A stretch of DNA of 64,000 nucleotides. It comes from Eledone cirrhosa. Its lineage: Eukaryota. The notes under the pieces are model-generated. The model ran no database searches, had not been told where the DNA came from, and saw only the letters and a program-made list of their open reading frames with translations. The stretch lies in assembly GCA_964016885.1 (NCBI GenBank), contig OZ024760.1, positions 17,112,001 through 17,176,000 of the forward strand, given 5' to 3'. Numbering within the stretch: position 1 is the stretch's first letter; each line of letters begins with the position of its first letter. Both the position numbers and the translations under genes were made by a program. Of this stretch, positions 59,305 through 64,000 are shown in pieces.

Positions 59305-59797
59305 TAGAAAAGATGAATATAAAATGAAAGTGCTTTTATAAAGGAATTTATTAGGTATTGACATGTTTTGACACTTTATATCTATTAATACTACTACACC
59401 AAACGACTAGCCCTGTCCATTGTTCAATTGGTCAAATATAGATTAAAATAGGCACTCCCAATTATTCTTATTTAGATAAAATAAACCATATACTCATTGT
59501 ATTCTCATTAGAAACCCTTTAGATACTTGTTTACCAGTAAATTGAATTGCCATCTGTCATATACTATCCCCTCTCTTCTTCCTTTCTTGCAACTAATATA
59601 AATACTTCAATTTTTCTGATTTTTTTCCAATGTATCCAACATCTCTGAAGAAGTGACAACTGATTATACATTTGCTATCGAATACTTGCTAACATTATAT
59701 GATTACGCAAGCAGCGATACATAGGTATTCAGAAACATGTCAATACCTAATAAATTCCTTTATAAAAGCACTTTCATTTTATATTCATCTTTTCTAT
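59305..59797. mobile_element. Fold-back element with inverted arms of about 65 bp and a degenerate hammerhead
   Basis: 59305-59370 pairs with 59732-59797; CTGAAGA at 59645 and GAAACATGTC at 59732. Confidence 0.5.
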
Positions 59798-60194
59798 ATA
59801 TATATATATATATATATATGCTTCAGCCTATATATTTCTGTATGTGAATACATACAGAAATGAAAAAATCTCATCGTTAGAACAGCTAAATGTTGTCAAA
59901 GACAGTGATGGCCAGTGGTCAACAGAGAGACAATCCACAAGGCAGATAACAGGTAGATGAAATATAGAAAAGATTGAAAGATGAGGACAGGGAGAAGTGT
60001 GTCATATATGTGACAGTACAGTATTGACATACATATGACAGTACAGTATTGACATACATATGACAGTACAGTATTGACATACATATGACAGTACAGTACA
60101 GTATTGACATACATATGACAGTACAGTACAGTATTGACATACATATGACAGTACAGTATTGACACATGACAGTACAGTACAGTATTGACATACA

Positions 60195-61185
60195 GTGGTG
60201 TAGATAGAATAGTAGTGGTGTAGATAGAATGGTAGTGGTGTAGATAGAATAGTAGTGAGCTAGATAGAATAGTAGTGAGCTAGATAGAATAGTAGTGGTG
60301 TAGATAGAATGGTAGTGGTGTAGATAGAATAGTAGTGGTGTAGATAGAATGGTAGTGGTGTAGATAGAATAGTAGTGAGCTAGATAGAATAGTAGTGGTG
60401 TAGATAGAATGGCAGTGGTGTAGATAGAATGATAGTGGTGTTGGCAGTGGTGTAGATAGAATAGTAGTGGTGTAGATAGAATGGTAGTGGTGTAGATAGA
60501 ATAGTAGTGAGCTAGATAGAATAGTAGTGGTGTAGATAGAATGGTAGTGGTGTAGATAGAATGGTAGTGGTGTAGATAGAATAGTAGTGAGCTAGATAGA
60601 ATAGTAGTGAGCTAGATAGAATAGTAGTGGTGTAGATAAAATGGCAGTGGTGTAGATAGAATGGTAGTGGTGTTGGCAGTGGTGTAGATAGAATAGTAGT
60701 GGTGTAGATAGAATGGTAGTGGTGTAGATAGAATAGTAGTGATGTAGATAGAATGGTAGTGGTGTAGATAGAATGGTAGTGGTGTTGGCAGTGGTGTAAA
60801 CAGGATGGTAGTCTAGATAGAAAGGTAGTGAGCTAGATAGAATGGAGTGGTGTAGATAGAATGGTAGTGGTGTAGATAGAATGGTAGTGAGCTAGATAGA
60901 ATAGTAGTGAGCTAGATAGAATAGTAGTGGTGTAGATAGAATAGTAGTGGTGTAGATAGAATGGCAGTGGTGTAGATAGAATGGTAGTGGTGTTGGCAGT
61001 GGTGTAGATAGAATAGTAGTGGTGTAGATAGAATGGTAGTGGTGTAGATAGAATAGTAGTGATGTAGATAGAATGGTAGTGGTGTAGATAGAATAGTAGT
61101 GGTGTAGATAGAATAGTAGTGGTGTAGATAGAATAGTAGTGGTGTAGATAGAATGGTAGTGAGCTAGATAGAATGGTAGATAGAA
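60195..61185. repeat. 20-bp minisatellite
   Basis: tagatagaatagtagtggtg. Confidence 0.9.
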
Positions 61186-61699
61186 TTGCAGTGACCAGTT
61201 GCAGTGCTATGCAATATTCAGCAAGTAATGTTTGCAGTTGCACACATTTGATTATAGAGAATGGTATTTAAGAAATGTTGTTATATAGTGCTAATGTAAT
61301 ATCTGGTTGTCTAATTGTCCTAGATAAGTTAATGAAAGATAGTAGATTTGACACATGCACACACACACATACATACACTCACACATGCACACACACACAC
61401 ATATACATACATACACACATACATACACACACTTACACGCACACATACTGCTAGCATGGAAAAATCGTGATGATGATTATAATAATTTTTTTGAAAAAAA
61501 TGTTCTTAAAGAATTTTTTTAATTTCTGATTTTGTAATTTTACACCCTCAGGATGAAACTCTACCGACTCAAACGTGTTAGTTTAATAGCATATTAACTC
61601 TTTGGTGCTTCTTAATCTTTATATATGTAGTGTAAGTAGAACACAATAAATATTTTTCATATGTAAACAAAATATCATTTTTCTATTATATATATATAT

Positions 61700-61995
61700 G
61701 TCTAGAGCAGGTAAAATTCCCCGAGATGCGTGGACGAATTCTCTCCAGCAGTCTCTGTCCCTCATTATCATTGCCATATCCTGTGTCTTCAAGAGACCAA
61801 TGTCTGTCCTTAGGACATCAACATATGTTAACCTTGGTCTCCCTCCTCCAGTGTGTCCATGCAGGGGCTCCCACAGGAGCACTGAGTGCAGTGTCAACTC
61901 TGGATGTCGGTGAACATGTCCAGTGTATACTGATTAATGTTCAGAGCCATCCTCAGCATTCTCGTGTAGCACCCATCCACCATCTGAGTGAGTTT
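61700..61995 (-). mobile_element. RTE-clade LINE 3' fragment
   Basis: LLWEPLHGHTGGGRPRLTYVDVL...DRDCWR. Confidence 0.75.
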
Positions 61996-62167
61996 CTTGG
62001 TCAGTGTCCAAGTCTCAGACCCGTACAGCACCACAGACTTTTCACACTTGCATGGGTTAGATGGGTTGTTACGTTATGAGACAAGTCAGGTCCAGAGATC
62101 ATGTTTCTCTCTCATACGGCTCTGTATTTTGGCTTCTATGGCTAGATACCCTTCCTAGCGCCAACCT

Positions 62168-62572
62168 CATTTACAGTGAGAGCTGGGTGCTTTTTGTCGT
62201 GTCACCTACACGACCACTTGACAGTGTGGGCTGGGTGCTCTTTGTTGTGACACCTACATGACCACTTTAAAGTGTGGGCTGGGTGTTTTTTGTTGTGACA
62301 CCTACATGACCACTTTACAGTGTGGGCTGGGCGCTTTTTGTTGTGACACCTACATGACCACTTTACAGTGTGGGCTGGGCGCTTTTTGTCGTGTCACCTA
62401 CACGACCACTTTACAGTGTGGGCTGGGTGCTCTTTGTTGTGACACCTACATGACCACTTTACAGTGTGGGCTGGGTGTTTTTTGTTGTGACACCTACATG
62501 ACCACTTTACAGTGTGGGCTGGGCGCTTTTTGTCATGTCACCATCACAACCTCTTTACAGTGTGAGCTGGGG
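62168..62572. repeat. 48-bp minisatellite inside a SINE-related element; related array at 58655-59152
   Basis: ttacagtgtgggctgggcgctttttgttgtgacacctacatgaccact. Confidence 0.9.
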
Positions 62573-62988
62573 TCATTTATATTAAATGAAAGTTTAGACA
62601 AGGATTAGTCAGAGGACTAGGTCCTGCACATATGCTTTGCTTTGGCTTGGTTTCTACAGCTGGATGCCCTCCCTGACGCCAACCACTCTACAGTGTGTAC
62701 AGGAAGCATTTTATCATGACTCTGACAAGATGTATTGGGTGCTTTTTGTTGTGTATATGTATATATATATATATATATATCATCATCACCGTTTAACTTC
62801 GATTTTTCTAGCATATACTACACCACCACACCACCATACCACTTCACTACTACACTACCACACTACTCCACCACCACACCATTATTTGCTGCTGTATAAA
62901 CACTGAAAGTGATATAGCAGTGGTAGAGAAGTCTTACTGATATATCAACTTACATACTGCTACATATGTGTATGTGTGTATGTATCTG

Positions 62989-63027
<39 letters not shown>

Positions 63028-63279
63028 ATGTATGTGTGAATGTATGTATATGTGTATATATGTGTGTGGGTGTATGTTATGGTATGTATGTATAATGTGT
63101 AAGTTATGGTATATATGTTATGTGGTGTGTATATTGTGGTAGGTGTGTATGTATATATGTGTATATTATGGCATGTATATATGTGTAAGTTATAGTATGT
63201 ATGGTATGTTATGGTATGTATATATATATATGTATATATGTTATGGTATGTATGGATGTTATGGTATGTATATATATAT

Positions 63280-63685
63280 AATATAAGATCAAAAGATGGT
63301 TAAAGGAGTTCCATGTATTTTATTATGCGCATTTCAAAAACAAACATCATCATGCAATAATATTTGTGTTTTCATCAGATAAAACAGGAGAACATGATAT
63401 GAAGGCTAAAAAACACTTGTGGATAGTGCAGTTTTAAATCAACATGCACTATCCACAAGTGTTTTTTAGCCTTCATATCATGTTCTCCGGTTTTATCTGA
63501 TGAAAACACAAATATTATTGCATGATGATGTTTGTTTTTGAAATGCGCATAATAAAATACATGGAACTCCTTTAACCATCTTTTGATCTTATATTATGTA
63601 TACTCCAGTCCTACAAACTGTAGAGTGCTTCTTATCCGATATCTGCATTGCTTTATTGTACTACAATAAAACTCACCTCCTACAT
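63280..63685. mobile_element. Fold-back non-autonomous element with hammerheads (Penelope pLTR-like), flanked by (TA)n
   Basis: Near-perfect inverted repeat of about 150 bp (63280-63430 vs 63445-63595); related copies at 45165-45320, 54250-54420 and 54805-54960. Confidence 0.65.
63493..63555 (+). ncRNA. Hammerhead ribozyme motif (family F); reverse-strand copies at 63320-63382, 54291-54353 and 54842-54904
   Basis: ttat-CTGATGA-AU-rich stem II-GAAA-TGCGCA-TA|ataa; perfect 4-bp stem I and palindromic loop III. Confidence 0.7.
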
Positions 63686-64000
63686 ATATATATATATATA
63701 TATATATATGTTATGGTATGTATATATGTTATGGTATGTATGTATATATGTTATGGTATGTATATATATATGTTATGGTATGTATATATGTTATGGTATG
63801 TATGTATATATGTTATGGTATGTATGTATATATGTTATGGTATGTATATATATATGTTATGGTATGTATATATGTTATGGTATGTATGTATATATGTTAT
63901 GGTATGTATATATATATGTTATGGTATGTATATATGTTATGGTATGTATATATATATATGTTATGGTATGTATATATGTTATGGTATGTATATATATATA

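Overview
AT-rich, microsatellite-saturated eukaryotic DNA. The tRNA-derived SINE families and (TA/TG)n expansions suggest a cephalopod, probably Octopus (inference). Nearly all ORFs in the supplied track are low-complexity artefacts. Two spliced genes can be rebuilt by hand: a + strand ANKDD1A-like ankyrin-repeat/death-domain gene (10 coding exons, 7580-23842, ending in a CaaX box, 5' end unresolved) and a - strand REX1BD (C19orf60)-like gene (5 coding exons, 48478-43203, about 154 aa). The rest is SINEs, LINE fragments (RTE, CR1/L2, CRE-like), a deleted DD37D (maT) Tc1/mariner element, hAT and pogo-like MITEs, and many minisatellites. The most notable signals are: (1) about 11 type-I hammerhead ribozyme motifs of about 6 unrelated sequence families, mostly with palindromic loop III, in short fold-back non-coding elements next to (TA)n tracts (Penelope-like/retrozyme-like); (2) a 6.6-kb element with no long ORF, ~1.1-kb diverged inverted arms, a flip/flop 21-nt loop near its ends and internal satellites; (3) minisatellites built from splice junctions.
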